This document shows, piece after piece, positions 8,291 to 17,651 of a DNA stretch of 64,000 bases. The notes beneath the pieces were generated by a model, which did not search any database, was not told the DNA's origin, and saw nothing but the letters and a program-made list of their open reading frames with translations. Each line of letters starts with the position of its first letter. Position 1 is the stretch's first letter. Both the position numbers and the translations under genes were made by a program. This DNA comes from Verrucomicrobiota bacterium. Lineage in GTDB: Bacteria; Verrucomicrobiota; Verrucomicrobiia; Verrucomicrobiales; Verrucomicrobiaceae. The stretch covers positions 58,349 to 122,348 of the forward strand of contig JAFLEI010000016.1 of NCBI GenBank assembly GCA_017301975.1, read 5' to 3'.

Positions 8291-10018
8291 TCAATCTGGC
8301 ATGCGCTTGTATTTAGACCGCTTGCCCTTCGCATTTTTGACAGTGTTCGGTTTTTTCCAAGCGCCGACGGGCAGCACTTGCGCGTGTGCCGCCCACGCTT
8401 CCCATGCATCGGCCATGGATTTTACGCGCTCTGGTTCTGCTGCGGCGAGGTCATGCATCTCAGCGCGGTCCTGATCGATGTTATAGAGTTCCCAGGGCTT
8501 GTTTTCCTTGGCCACGAGCTTCCATGGACCGGCGCGGTGTGCGCGGTTGCCTTCATGTTCCCAAAAGATGGAGCGGGTGGCCGGACTCTGGCCCTTGAAG
8601 GCGGGCATCAAACTGATGCCTTCCTTGGGACGGATGGCCTGGCCGTTGAATGCGGCGGGATAGGCTGCCCCGGCCACATCGGAGCAGGTCGCCATGAGAT
8701 CGATGAGATGGCCTGGATGCGTTTCAATTTTGCCATGCTGTGCCTCAGGAATCCCGGCGGGCCAGTGGGCGATGAGCGGTGTGGAGATGCCGCCTTCATG
8801 CACGTAGTGCTTGTACTCGCGGTGCGGTGTGTTGGACACATTGGCCCACGCCTCGCCATAGGCGATGTAGTCGTTCGGACCGCCGGGCATGATGCCCTGG
8901 CCCTGCTTCACGGGCTGGCCGTCGCGGGTTTGTTTGGGAATGACATCCAGGCGGATCGCATCCTGCGCGATGACGGGAAAGGTCTTCTCATTGAAGGCTG
9001 GCGGCGTGGCCTGTCGGCCAATGGGTTCCTGGCAGCCGCCATTGTCCTGGAGAAAAAGAATGAGCGTGTTTTGCAGCAGGCCGCGTTTTTCCAGCGTGCC
9101 CACCACGCGGCCGATGCCCTGGTCCATGCGGTCGATCATCGCGGCATAGGTCTCCATGCAGCGAGTTTCCCACTCCTTGTCTTTGACCTGGGTCCAGTCT
9201 CCAAACGTGGGGGAGAGCTCCGCGTTCTTGGCAATGAGCCCCATCTGCTGCATGCGCAGCAGGCGTGCCTGACGCATGGATTCGTAGCCTGCGTCGTATT
9301 TGCCTTTGTATTTGGCCACGTCTTCCGGCAGCGCGTGCATGGGCCAGTGCGCGGCGGTGTAGGCCATGTACATGAAGAAAGGCTTGTCCTTCTGCGCGGT
9401 GGCATGCTCATCGATGAAGCGAATCGCGTGGTCGCTGATGGCATCGGTGTAGTAGTACTGCTTCGGCTGGTACTCCCGATCCGCGAAGGGGGAGATCATC
9501 GTGTCGTCGCGCGTCAGCGTGCCCGGATCATAGAAGCTGCCTGCGCCGGTGATGGTGCCGTAGAAGCGGTCAAAGCCGCGGTGCAGCGGCCAGTTGAGCT
9601 TGGGGCCTTCCGGCACCGCGTGCTTGGTGACGTGCCATTTGCCCACGGCGTAGGTTCGGTAGCCTGCCGGTTTGAGCACTTCGGCGATGGTCACGCAGCG
9701 GTTGTTCAGATCGCCGCGATAGCCGTCGTGACCGCGATCTTCCATCATGTGCCCGATGCCCGCCTGATGCGGATACAGCCCCGTCAGCAACGATGCCCGC
9801 GTGGGGCAGCAGCGCCCGGCATTGTAAAACTGGCTGAGCCGCACGCCGCCCTTCGCGAGGCGGTCCAGATTCGGCGTCTGGATTTCTCCGCCGTAGCAGC
9901 CGAGGTCGGAAAAGCCCATGTCATCTGACATGATGAGGATGATGTTGGGCTGGGCCGCGCACAGGGAGGCAGCCGACAACAACAGGGACGCGAGGGGAAG
10001 CAGAATGCGGCGGGTCAT
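8291..10018 (-). CDS. Arylsulfatase (formylglycine-dependent sulfatase family)
   Basis: Signal peptide MTRRILLPLASLLLSAASLCAAQ. IILIMSDDMGFSDLGCYGG. Sulfatase signature GRCCPTRASLLTG (C-x-P-x-R). The ORF opens at GTG 10042; ATG 10018 gives the signal peptide. Confidence 0.9.
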   Translation of the reverse strand: MTRRILLPLASLLLSAASLCAAQPNIILIMSDDMGFSDLGCYGGEIQTPNLDRLAKGGVRLSQFYNAGRCCPTRASLLTGLYPHQAGIGHMMEDRGHDGYRGDLNNRCVTIAEVLKPAGYRTYAVGKWHVTKHAVPEGPKLNWPLHRGFDRFYGTITGAGSFYDPGTLTRDDTMISPFADREYQPKQYYYTDAISDHAIRFIDEHATAQKDKPFFMYMAYTAAHWPMHALPEDVAKYKGKYDAGYESMRQARLLRMQQMGLIAKNAELSPTFGDWTQVKDKEWETRCMETYAAMIDRMDQGIGRVVGTLEKRGLLQNTLILFLQDNGGCQEPIGRQATPPAFNEKTFPVIAQDAIRLDVIPKQTRDGQPVKQGQGIMPGGPNDYIAYGEAWANVSNTPHREYKHYVHEGGISTPLIAHWPAGIPEAQHGKIETHPGHLIDLMATCSDVAGAAYPAAFNGQAIRPKEGISLMPAFKGQSPATRSIFWEHEGNRAHRAGPWKLVAKENKPWELYNIDQDRAEMHDLAAAEPERVKSMADAWEAWAAHAQVLPVGAWKKPNTVKNAKGKRSKYKRMPD

Positions 10019-10038
10019 GGCGGAAAAAGCTGGGCGTT

Positions 10039-10665
10039 TCACTTCACCTCCGCCACGTCCACCACATTGAGCTGGATGAACTGGCCGTTGAAAGGCTGCG
10101 GGGCGGGGGAGATTTCGGGGACGACGAGCTTGGCGAAGTTGGTGATCATGTGGCCGTTCTGGCCGTTGCCGTGAAGGGTGAGGGTGGCGCCGCCTTCGAC
10201 TTCAATGGTGGCGGTGTAGTCGATGGTGAAAATCTTGTGGCCCACCTTGTCCTGGCGGTTGAAAAAGAAATGCTGCGCCGGGGCGGAGACGGTGAGCTGG
10301 TAGATGTTGTAGGTGGCGTTGTTGGGTGCGCCGCCGATGTAGAAGTATTCGCCCACCTGCTGGCCGTCTTTGTACATCATGGGCTCCACCACGCCGCGCA
10401 CGCGCAGGGTCACCTTGTAGCGCTTGCCGGGCTCGCCGCCAAACTTGCGCACGTCGGTGAATTTGTCGTTGGTGGCGGGATCGTTCGTCGCACGGGCGGA
10501 GATGCCGTCAGCGCCGGGCTTGGGGTTTTCCGGCATGGGATCCTTGCAGGCGAATTCGAAACGATACCCATCCAGACTGGCGGCGACGGCTTTCAAATCC
10601 TCCGCTTGGGAAGCTGGTGCGATGCAGAGGGTGAGGGCGAGGAGGAGGGAGGAAAGGCGGTGCAT
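10039..10665 (-). CDS. Secreted protein of unknown function, immediately upstream of the sulfatase
   Basis: 208 aa. Signal peptide MHRLSSLLLALTLCIAPASQA. Composition looks beta-rich. The stop lies 20 nt before the sulfatase ATG on the same strand. No family recognised. Confidence 0.6.
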   Translation of the reverse strand: MHRLSSLLLALTLCIAPASQAEDLKAVAASLDGYRFEFACKDPMPENPKPGADGISARATNDPATNDKFTDVRKFGGEPGKRYKVTLRVRGVVEPMMYKDGQQVGEYFYIGGAPNNATYNIYQLTVSAPAQHFFFNRQDKVGHKIFTIDYTATIEVEGGATLTLHGNGQNGHMITNFAKLVVPEISPAPQPFNGQFIQLNVVDVAEVK

Positions 10666-10770
10666 GGTTGTTGGGTTGGGTGGAAACCGACGAAACGCAG
10701 GCTGTGGATGGAATCCACCATCGTTCGTCGAAAAAGTTGAAGTTCTGGTTTATAGCGGGCGCCCCACTTC

Positions 10771-13320
10771 ATGCCTGCCCCCACCGCGCTCCCCATTTGG
10801 AAAATTCACGCCGACATCCTGCGCACGCTGCAAGGCGGCAATCGCCTGGTGCTGGTGGCGCCGACGGGCTCGGGCAAGACGACGCAGGTGCCGCAGATGC
10901 TGCTGGATGCGGGCGTGGCGGGAGACAGGATGATCGTGGTCCTGCAACCGCGCCGCGTGGCCGCACGCACCGTGGCGGCACGTGTGGCCTCGGAGCGCGG
11001 AGGGAAGCTGGGCGCGGAGGTGGGCTATCAGATTCGATTTGATGACCACACCAGCGTGGGCACGCGCATTTGCTTTGTCACGGAAGGGATTCTGCTGCGC
11101 TGGCTGCAGGATGATCGCGCGCTATCGAAGATCGGCGCGGTGGTGTTTGATGAGTTCCATGAGCGCAATCTGCTCAGCGATGTGGCGCTGGCTTTGGTGA
11201 AGCATTTGCAGCAGAGCCAGCGGCCTGATCTGGTGATGCTGGTGATGTCTGCCACGTTGGATGCGGAGCCGGTGGCGGCGTATTTAAACTCGTGCCCCAT
11301 CCTTGTTTCGGAAGGGCAGAGCTTTCCCGTGGAGGTCGGCTATCTGCCGGTGCCTGATCAGCGCCCGCTCACGGTGCAGGCGGCGGAGGCGGTGGAGCAA
11401 ATCTTGTATGAAGGCGAGCCCGGCGACATCCTCGTCTTCATGCCCGGGCGCGGCGAAATCAATGGCACGCTGGACGCACTGAGAGGCATGAGAACGCAGG
11501 AGCGCGTGGCCTGCATTCCCCTGCATGGCGAGCTGGAGCCGCAGGAGCAGGACCGCGCCTTTGCTCCCAATTCACTGCGCAAAGTCATCGTGGCCACCAA
11601 CGTAGCTGAAACCAGCATCACCATCGACGGCATCCGCCATGTGGTGGACAGCGGCGTGGCGCGTGTGGCTCGTTACGATGCCGAGCGCGGGATCGGCACG
11701 CTGCTGCTGGAGCCGATCAGCCGGGCGAGTGCAGACCAGCGCAAAGGCCGTGCGGGCCGTACTGCGCCGGGCACCTGCCATCGTTTGTGGACGTCCATCG
11801 GCCACCAGACCCGCGAGGAGCGCAACACGCCGGAGATTCAGCGCAGCGATCTGGCGGAGGTCGTGCTGCTGCTGCACTCGCTCGGCATTCAGGAAGCCGC
11901 CACGTTTGACTGGCTGGACAAACCCGATCCGCAGGCCGTGGTGCGCGCCGAGAAGCTGCTGACCATGCTGGGCGCCCTGCATGAGGGCAGGGCAGAACTC
12001 ACTCCGGTGGGCCGCCAGATGCTGCGCCTGCCGATGCACCCGCGTTACTCGCGCATGCTGATCGAGGCCAGCCAGCGCGGCTGCGTGCCGGATGCGGCCT
12101 TGTGCGCCGCCCTTGTCAGTGGTCGTGATCTGCTCGCGAGATTGGACCGCGACGATGCGCAAATGAAGGGTTTGCGCGAGATGTTTGAGGACAGTGGAGA
12201 CTCCGATTTCATCACGCTGATGCGGGCCTATGAATTCGCCAAAGAGAACGGCTTCAGCTTTGAGCGCTGCCGCAGCCACGGCATCAATGCGCAGGTGGCG
12301 CGGCAGGTGGAGCAGACCTGCCAGCAGATCCTGCACGCCGCGCAGCAGCAGCGGCTGTATGATCGCGAGGGCGGCACCACGGCCAAAGGTGACGAAGCCC
12401 TGCTGCGCTGCCTCATGGCCGGATTCGTGGATCAACTGGCGAAACGCCGCGTGCCCGGCAAACCCGAGTGCGATCTCACCGAGCAGCGCCAAGGCCAGCT
12501 TGTGCGTGAGAGCGTGGTGCAGGAGGCGACGTTTTTTGTGGCGGCGAACCTGCGTGAAGCGCCGTCGCGAGGCCCGGCGCCGCTGACGCTGCTCAGCCTT
12601 GCCACCGCCGTGCAGCCGGCGTGGATCGCAGAGATGTTTCCCCAGCATCTGAGCACCACGGTGGAGCACCTTTTTGATGCGCAAAACAAGCGTGTGGCCG
12701 CTGTGAAGGTGGTGAGCTACCGCAATCTCGTGATCGAGCAGAAGGCGCAGCAGCGCGACCTTGACCCCATCGCCAGCGGACGCTGTCTCGCTGAGGCACA
12801 GCGAGGGGGAGCCTTTGATCTGCCGCTGATGGATCATCGGCTGAAACAATTCATCGCCAGGGTGGATCTCGTCCATGCCACGCTGCCAGAGCTGGAGTTT
12901 CCGCGCTTTGATGCGGAGGCCGTCACCGCCTGCCTAGCTCGTGCGTTCAAAGGCCTCTCCTTGGTGAAGGAAGCCCAGGCCGCGCCGCTGATGGCTGCCT
13001 TCCATCAGCATCTGGCCCAGGGGCAGGTGAGCTGGCTGGATGAACTGGTGCCGCTCTCCATCCCATGGCCAGCGGGGGGAAGCCTGAAGGTCTCCTATGC
13101 AGGCGAGTCACCGGAGGTGCAGGTGAAGTTGCATGAGTGTTTCGCGCTCACGGAGCACCCGACCCTGTGTGAGGGGAGGCTGCCGGTGCAGCTCATTCTT
13201 TGCACGCCAGATGGCAAGAAGCTGGCCACCACGAAAGACTGGCCGACTTTCCAAACGCGTGAGTGGCCGAAGCATCGGCAGGCCGTGGCGAAGAAGTTTT
13301 CGGGGTTGTTGTGGCGGTAG
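10771..13320 (+). CDS. hrpB: ATP-dependent RNA helicase HrpB (DEAH-box)
   Basis: 849 aa. APTGSGKTT (motif I), VVFDEFHERN (DEAH), SATL, TNVAETSITIDG, QRKGRAGR. The long C-terminal HrpB-type extension is present. Confidence 0.9.
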   Translation: MPAPTALPIWKIHADILRTLQGGNRLVLVAPTGSGKTTQVPQMLLDAGVAGDRMIVVLQPRRVAARTVAARVASERGGKLGAEVGYQIRFDDHTSVGTRICFVTEGILLRWLQDDRALSKIGAVVFDEFHERNLLSDVALALVKHLQQSQRPDLVMLVMSATLDAEPVAAYLNSCPILVSEGQSFPVEVGYLPVPDQRPLTVQAAEAVEQILYEGEPGDILVFMPGRGEINGTLDALRGMRTQERVACIPLHGELEPQEQDRAFAPNSLRKVIVATNVAETSITIDGIRHVVDSGVARVARYDAERGIGTLLLEPISRASADQRKGRAGRTAPGTCHRLWTSIGHQTREERNTPEIQRSDLAEVVLLLHSLGIQEAATFDWLDKPDPQAVVRAEKLLTMLGALHEGRAELTPVGRQMLRLPMHPRYSRMLIEASQRGCVPDAALCAALVSGRDLLARLDRDDAQMKGLREMFEDSGDSDFITLMRAYEFAKENGFSFERCRSHGINAQVARQVEQTCQQILHAAQQQRLYDREGGTTAKGDEALLRCLMAGFVDQLAKRRVPGKPECDLTEQRQGQLVRESVVQEATFFVAANLREAPSRGPAPLTLLSLATAVQPAWIAEMFPQHLSTTVEHLFDAQNKRVAAVKVVSYRNLVIEQKAQQRDLDPIASGRCLAEAQRGGAFDLPLMDHRLKQFIARVDLVHATLPELEFPRFDAEAVTACLARAFKGLSLVKEAQAAPLMAAFHQHLAQGQVSWLDELVPLSIPWPAGGSLKVSYAGESPEVQVKLHECFALTEHPTLCEGRLPVQLILCTPDGKKLATTKDWPTFQTREWPKHRQAVAKKFSGLLWR

Positions 13321-13346
13321 GTGCAGCAGCGCTACCGCGAGCGCGA

Positions 13347-13500
13347 AGCGTCTTGGACTGCGGTGACAAGCCTAAGCGCGGCACCGCTTTCGCAGGCCGG
13401 ACTGCAGGCTGCGGCCAGAGAATACTCGACACCCCACGAAAGCGGTGTCGTCGATGCAGGCTTGCGCCGTGCATCTCTGCCACCGCACTCCAAGACGCTG
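13347..13500. repeat. Nested palindromic (REP-like) intergenic element between convergent genes
   Basis: The outer arms 13347-13365 (agcgtcttggactgcggtg) and 13481-13499 (caccgcactccaagacgct) are complementary at 18 of 19 positions. The inner arms 13382-13392 (caccgctttcg) and 13437-13447 (cgaaagcggtg) are a perfect 11-bp inverted repeat. Confidence 0.6.
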
Positions 13501-13519
13501 CCGCGTGATGGATCACCCC

Positions 13520-14530
13520 TCACACGCGAATGACAATCTTCCCAAAGTGCTTCCCGCTGGCGATGCGCTGGAAGGCTGCGGGGGCGTCTCTGAACTCGAA
13601 GGTAGAGTCGATGACGGGCTGGAGCTTCACGCGCTCCATCTCAGCGAGCATCTGGGCAAACATCTCGCGTGAGCCGACGTAGATGCCGTCCAAGCGGATG
13701 CCTTTGCGCAGAATCTGCACGGTCTGGACCTCGGCGCTGGTGCCGGTGAGCACGCCGATGAGGGCGATGTGTCCTCCAAATCGCGTGGCTTTGAGCGAGC
13801 GGTTGAGCGTTTCCGCGCCGCCGATTTCGATCACTTTGTCCACGCCCAGGCCGCCGGTTTGTTTCACGGCCCATTGGTCCCAGTCGGGATCGGTCTTGTA
13901 GTTGTGCACCGCATCAGCGCCGAGTTTGAGGAGGTGCTGGGCTTTGATGTCACAGCTCGTGGTGGCCAGCACGCGGGCACCGGCCAGCTTGGCAAACTGC
14001 AGGGCGAAGACCGAGACGCCGCCGGTGCCGAGGATGAGAACGGTTTCTCCGGCCTTCAAGCCGCCACGGCAGTGCAGGGCATCCCAGGCGGTGACGGCGG
14101 CGCAGGGCAGGGTGGCGGCGGATTCGGTGGAAAGGTAGCCCGGGATGGGCAGCAGGCTCTCGGTGCGGATGACTGCCAGCTCCCGCAGCAGGCCGTCCAC
14201 GGCACCGCCGAGCGCCCCGGAGGCATGCGCCTGGCTGAATTCCCCGTCCAGCCAGGTGGGCATGAAGGGGCACACGACGCGGTCGCCGGGCTGGAACTGG
14301 GTCACGCCTGCGCCCACGGCCGCCACCTCGCCCGCTCCATCGGAGCAGGGAATGCGTGGGATGGGGCCGGTCACGCCACGGATGCCCATGACATTCATGT
14401 AGTCCCGATAATTGAGGCAGGTGGCGCGGATGCGGACCAGAACCTCCCCCGGGCCGGGCGTGGGGTCTGGCAGGGTCACAGCCCGCAGGGAGTCGAGGCC
14501 GGTGGTTCCGGTGATTTGATAGGCGTGCAT
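13520..14530 (-). CDS. Zinc-type alcohol dehydrogenase / NADPH:quinone oxidoreductase (MDR superfamily)
   Basis: 336 aa. GEVLVRIRATCLNYRD, PCSDGAGEVAAVG, and a Rossmann motif VLILGTGGVSVFALQFAKLAGARV. Confidence 0.85.
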   Translation of the reverse strand: MHAYQITGTTGLDSLRAVTLPDPTPGPGEVLVRIRATCLNYRDYMNVMGIRGVTGPIPRIPCSDGAGEVAAVGAGVTQFQPGDRVVCPFMPTWLDGEFSQAHASGALGGAVDGLLRELAVIRTESLLPIPGYLSTESAATLPCAAVTAWDALHCRGGLKAGETVLILGTGGVSVFALQFAKLAGARVLATTSCDIKAQHLLKLGADAVHNYKTDPDWDQWAVKQTGGLGVDKVIEIGGAETLNRSLKATRFGGHIALIGVLTGTSAEVQTVQILRKGIRLDGIYVGSREMFAQMLAEMERVKLQPVIDSTFEFRDAPAAFQRIASGKHFGKIVIRV

Positions 14531-15274
14531 AAGGGGGAGGGGAGTGCTTGTTTGGCGAGGCTACCGGAACTCACTGCGGCAACAAGGCAGAAGTGCGCCT
14601 TCCAAGGCTTCTCGGAATCAAAGATTTTTGAGGTTTTGCCCAGACAGAAAAAGATTCTCCACATGGGGTGTGAACAATTTGCTTGCGATTCACAGCTAGG
14701 GAGTGCCGGGGCAGTGCGAGAAAGGTCCGATTGTCAAAAATGAAAGTGTTTATGTTGCAAACGAAATAATTGCGCCATGAAATCCATAGGGGGCAAATGT
14801 CGGCTCGCCCGAAGCACAGCATCTCGGCCTGGCAGGGTCGCCTCTAGAAGGGAGTGGAGCTGCAAATGGGAGCAGTAGTGAGCGCTTTTTTTCTGTGTTG
14901 ATGGTCTGTAAACATTTGAAAAACAATGAATTAAAGATGTTATTGGCTGTGTTGATGAAGGACTCCTAGAGTCGGCTGCCTAGCTAGGTGGCTGGCTTAT
15001 TCAGTGTCGAATTCGTTTCACAGCGATCAATCGCTGCACGTTCCACGATTCAAACACAAGGGTTCCACGCTCAAGGTTTTCTTCCAGATCCCTGACAAAC
15101 TCTTGGGGAAAATTTCTAGCTTTTGATTCTGCACGACACAGAAATGAGACTTCTCAATTGTTTGTGAATAACCTGTCAAGAAGTCCCCTTTGCGTAGGGA
15201 GAAACTGCGAACAATCAGATGACCTCCGAGGCAAATGCGATGGATGAAAGGGACCGTCCCCAGCGCGCCCAAGA

Positions 15275-15883
15275 CTAGCGTGCCTCGGCGGCCAGTTTCT
15301 CGATCCATTTGCCCAGATCCGGTGGCCGAAAGGCCTCCATGCGGGCCAGCAGGGCGGCGGCTTGAGTCTCAACCAGGACGCAGGCGGCGTGCTCGGGCTT
15401 GAGGAAGCCGCTGCGGCTCATGTGGGAGATGAATTCGATCAGGCCGTCGAAAAAGCCGCTCACGTTGAGGATGCCCACGGGTTTGTCGTGAAAGGAGAGC
15501 TGCAACCACGTGAGGGTCTCAAACAGCTCGTCCAGCGTACCAAAGCCGCCAGGCAGGGCGATGAAGCCGTCGCTGAGGTCCACCATGAGCTGCTTGCGCT
15601 CGTGCATGCTGCCGACGACGTGAAGCTGCGTCACGCCGCCATGTCCGAGCTCCTTTTCCATGAGGGAGCGGGGGATGACGCCGACGACTTCTCCCTTTTG
15701 AGAAAGAGCCCCGTCCGCGATGGCTCCCATCAGGCCCACATTCCCACCGCCATAGACGAGCCCGATGCCGCTCTCCGCGAGAAACGCACCCAGATCATGC
15801 GCGGCGGCGCGATGGAGGGGATCGCTGCCAGCGGAGGAGCCACAGTAAACACAGATTCGGCGCAGTCGGGACATGCGGGGCAT
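15275..15883 (-). CDS. LOG-family cytokinin riboside 5'-monophosphate phosphoribohydrolase (TIGR00730)
   Basis: ICVYCGSSAG, VYGGGNVGLMG, and PGGFGTLDELFE (the LOG signature). The track ORF extends to 16033, but that extra N-terminus is junk-like. ATG 15883 (MPRMSRL) is the likely start. Confidence 0.85.
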   Translation of the reverse strand: MPRMSRLRRICVYCGSSAGSDPLHRAAAHDLGAFLAESGIGLVYGGGNVGLMGAIADGALSQKGEVVGVIPRSLMEKELGHGGVTQLHVVGSMHERKQLMVDLSDGFIALPGGFGTLDELFETLTWLQLSFHDKPVGILNVSGFFDGLIEFISHMSRSGFLKPEHAACVLVETQAAALLARMEAFRPPDLGKWIEKLAAEAR

Positions 15884-15953
15884 GATGAATGATTTCGCCG
15901 CAGGTGCAAAGGCTTGCGCAAAAGGGAAGTTCTTCGCTACGATTAGTAGGAAC

Positions 15954-16883
15954 ATGAAACACACCCGCCGCTCCTTCCTTGCCTCCTCTGCCGCCGCCCT
16001 CACCGGCTGCCAGCTTCTAGCACCTTCAGGCAAAGGAAGCTGGATCGACGCGCATGTGCATGTGTGGACGCCCGATGTGCAGAAGTATCCGCTGGCCCGC
16101 GGCTATGCCGTCAGCGACATGCAGCCGCCGAGCTTCACCCCGGAGCAGCTCTTTGCCCACTGCAGGCCGGAGGGCGTGAGCCGCATCGTGCTGATCCAGA
16201 TGAACTACTACCAGACGGACAACAGCTACATGCTGGACATGATGCGCACGCATCCCGGTGTCTTCAGCGGCGTGGCCATCGTGGACGAGCAGGCGGCAGG
16301 TCTGGCCGGGACGATGCGCAGCCTGGTGAAGCAGGGCGTGCGCGGCTTCCGCATCTACCCGGACAAGGTGAAGAATCTCTCCGACTGGCTGGGTTCCCCC
16401 GGCATGGCCACGCTGTGGAAAACGGCGGCGGAGCTGAAGGTGAACGTCTGCCCGCTGATCAATCCCGACACGCTGCCGCTGCTGGACAAGATGTGCGAGT
16501 GGTACCCGGACACGGGCGTGGTGGTGGATCACTTCGCACGCCTCGGCATGGCTGGTCCGGCCAAGCCCGAGGAGGTGCAGAACCTGCTGCGCCTGGCACG
16601 CCATGCCAAAACGCACGTGAAGGCCTCCGCCTTCTACGCCCTGGGTGCGAAGAAGGCCCCCTATACCGACATGGGTCCACTGGTCCGGCAGGTCCGGGAC
16701 GCTTTCGGTCCGCAGCGCGTGATGTGGGCCAGCGACTGCCCCTTCCAGGTGGAGCACGGGCACAACTACCACAACGCCATCGCGATCATCCGGGATCGCC
16801 TCGATTTCCTCACGGAGCAGGACAAGGCCTGGATGCTGCGCGGCACGGCTGAGAAGGTGTTCTTCTCCGCGGCGGCGGTGTGA
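15954..16883 (+). CDS. Amidohydrolase-2 family (TIM-barrel metal hydrolase) with Tat-type signal
   Basis: ATG 15954 gives MKHTRRSFLASSAAALTGC (twin-arginine/lipobox-like). WIDAHVHVW metal-binding motif, VVVDHFARLG, WASDCPF. Confidence 0.8.
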   Translation: MKHTRRSFLASSAAALTGCQLLAPSGKGSWIDAHVHVWTPDVQKYPLARGYAVSDMQPPSFTPEQLFAHCRPEGVSRIVLIQMNYYQTDNSYMLDMMRTHPGVFSGVAIVDEQAAGLAGTMRSLVKQGVRGFRIYPDKVKNLSDWLGSPGMATLWKTAAELKVNVCPLINPDTLPLLDKMCEWYPDTGVVVDHFARLGMAGPAKPEEVQNLLRLARHAKTHVKASAFYALGAKKAPYTDMGPLVRQVRDAFGPQRVMWASDCPFQVEHGHNYHNAIAIIRDRLDFLTEQDKAWMLRGTAEKVFFSAAAV

Positions 16884-16892
16884 GTCAACGAA

Positions 16893-17009
16893 TCTTCCAT
16901 CTTCCATCTTCCTCCTCCTCTTACTCTTACTCTTACTCTTCCTCCCCTTTGGATTGGAATCCGAGGTGAGCTTCCGGGAGGAGTATGAGCAAGAGGAGGC
17001 GGAAGATGG
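16893..17009. repeat. Polypyrimidine microsatellite tract plus complementary purine arm (long imperfect hairpin)
   Basis: 16893-16950 is almost pure pyrimidine on the + strand: (cttccat)x2, ctt, (cct)x3, (cttact)x3 and cttcctcccc. 16981-17009 (gagtatgagcaagaggaggcggaagatgg) is complementary to ccatcttcctcctcctcttactc. Confidence 0.6.
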
Positions 17010-17011
17010 CT

Positions 17012-17048
17012 GAAAACAAAAAGCCCCGCCAGCAATGCTGACGGGGCT
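17012..17048 (-). terminator. Rho-independent terminator of the response-regulator gene
   Basis: The minus strand reads agccccgtcagcattgctggcggggct followed by ttttgtttt. It lies 37 nt downstream of the stop at 17085. Confidence 0.65.
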
Positions 17049-17084
17049 GATTGAAGTGGGGAGAGTGACTTGGCCGTGCTAAAC

Positions 17085-17651
17085 TCAGGCGGCGGCTTCG
17101 GCGCCTTTGTGGCCGAGCTGCTTCACGGCGAGATTGAGCTGATCGTATTCGATCGGCTTCTTGATCACCGTCACCGGTCCGTGGCCGAGGATGCGGCTGA
17201 GGATTTCGCTGTCTGGATAGCCGGTGATCACCACGATGGGGAGATCCGGATACAGCGCCTTGAGCTGGGAGTACACCTCGTCCCCGGGAACGTCCGGGAG
17301 CTTGAGATCGAGGAAGACGAAATCAAACTTCTGCTTCTTCGCCATGGTGATGGCTTCAGCACCGGTGCCGACGACGAGGCGTCCGAAACCAGCCTTCTTG
17401 AGGAACTGCTTGAAGAGGGCCTGCAGGGCGGGGTCATCATCCACCACCATGACGGTGGGCTGGCCGGCTTCGTCTTCTTTGCGCAGCACATCGCGGTCAA
17501 GCAGGCTGCGCTTGATGCGCCAGCGGCCGCCGATTTGCACAGCGGGCAATTGTCCACGCTGGACGAGATAATAAACCGTCGGAAGAGGAATGCGGAGGTA
17601 TTCCGCGGTCTCTTTCACGGTCATGAGTTCGGGTGCTGCTAGATCGGCCAT
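17085..17651 (-). CDS. Response regulator with N-terminal excisionase/MerR-type HTH and C-terminal receiver domain
   Basis: ATG 17651. MTVKETAEYLRIPLPTVYYLVQRGQLPAVQIGGRWRI is the excisionase-family HTH. The receiver follows (VMVVDDDPALQ, FDFVFLDLKLPD, PIVVITGY, KKP). Confidence 0.8.
   Translation of the reverse strand: MADLAAPELMTVKETAEYLRIPLPTVYYLVQRGQLPAVQIGGRWRIKRSLLDRDVLRKEDEAGQPTVMVVDDDPALQALFKQFLKKAGFGRLVVGTGAEAITMAKKQKFDFVFLDLKLPDVPGDEVYSQLKALYPDLPIVVITGYPDSEILSRILGHGPVTVIKKPIEYDQLNLAVKQLGHKGAEAAA

Noticed and set aside
8267-9928. Very long ORFs antisense to confidently assigned genes. Examples: 8267-9928 (+), 714-1823 (-), 22781-23875 (+), 41625-43505 (+), 43608-45896 (-), 48344-50005 (-), 62539-63504 (-), 63353-63973 (-).
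   Set aside because: Their translations are Arg/Gly/Ala/His-rich, low-complexity and motif-free. The opposite strand carries clear family signatures. Long antisense ORFs are expected in high-GC DNA.
14531-15274. tmRNA, 6S RNA, RNase P RNA or a tRNA in the AT-rich desert.
   Set aside because: I could find no acceptor-stem/CCA-type ends, no tag-peptide reading frame and no conserved RNase P helices. It is kept only as an unexplained non-coding region.
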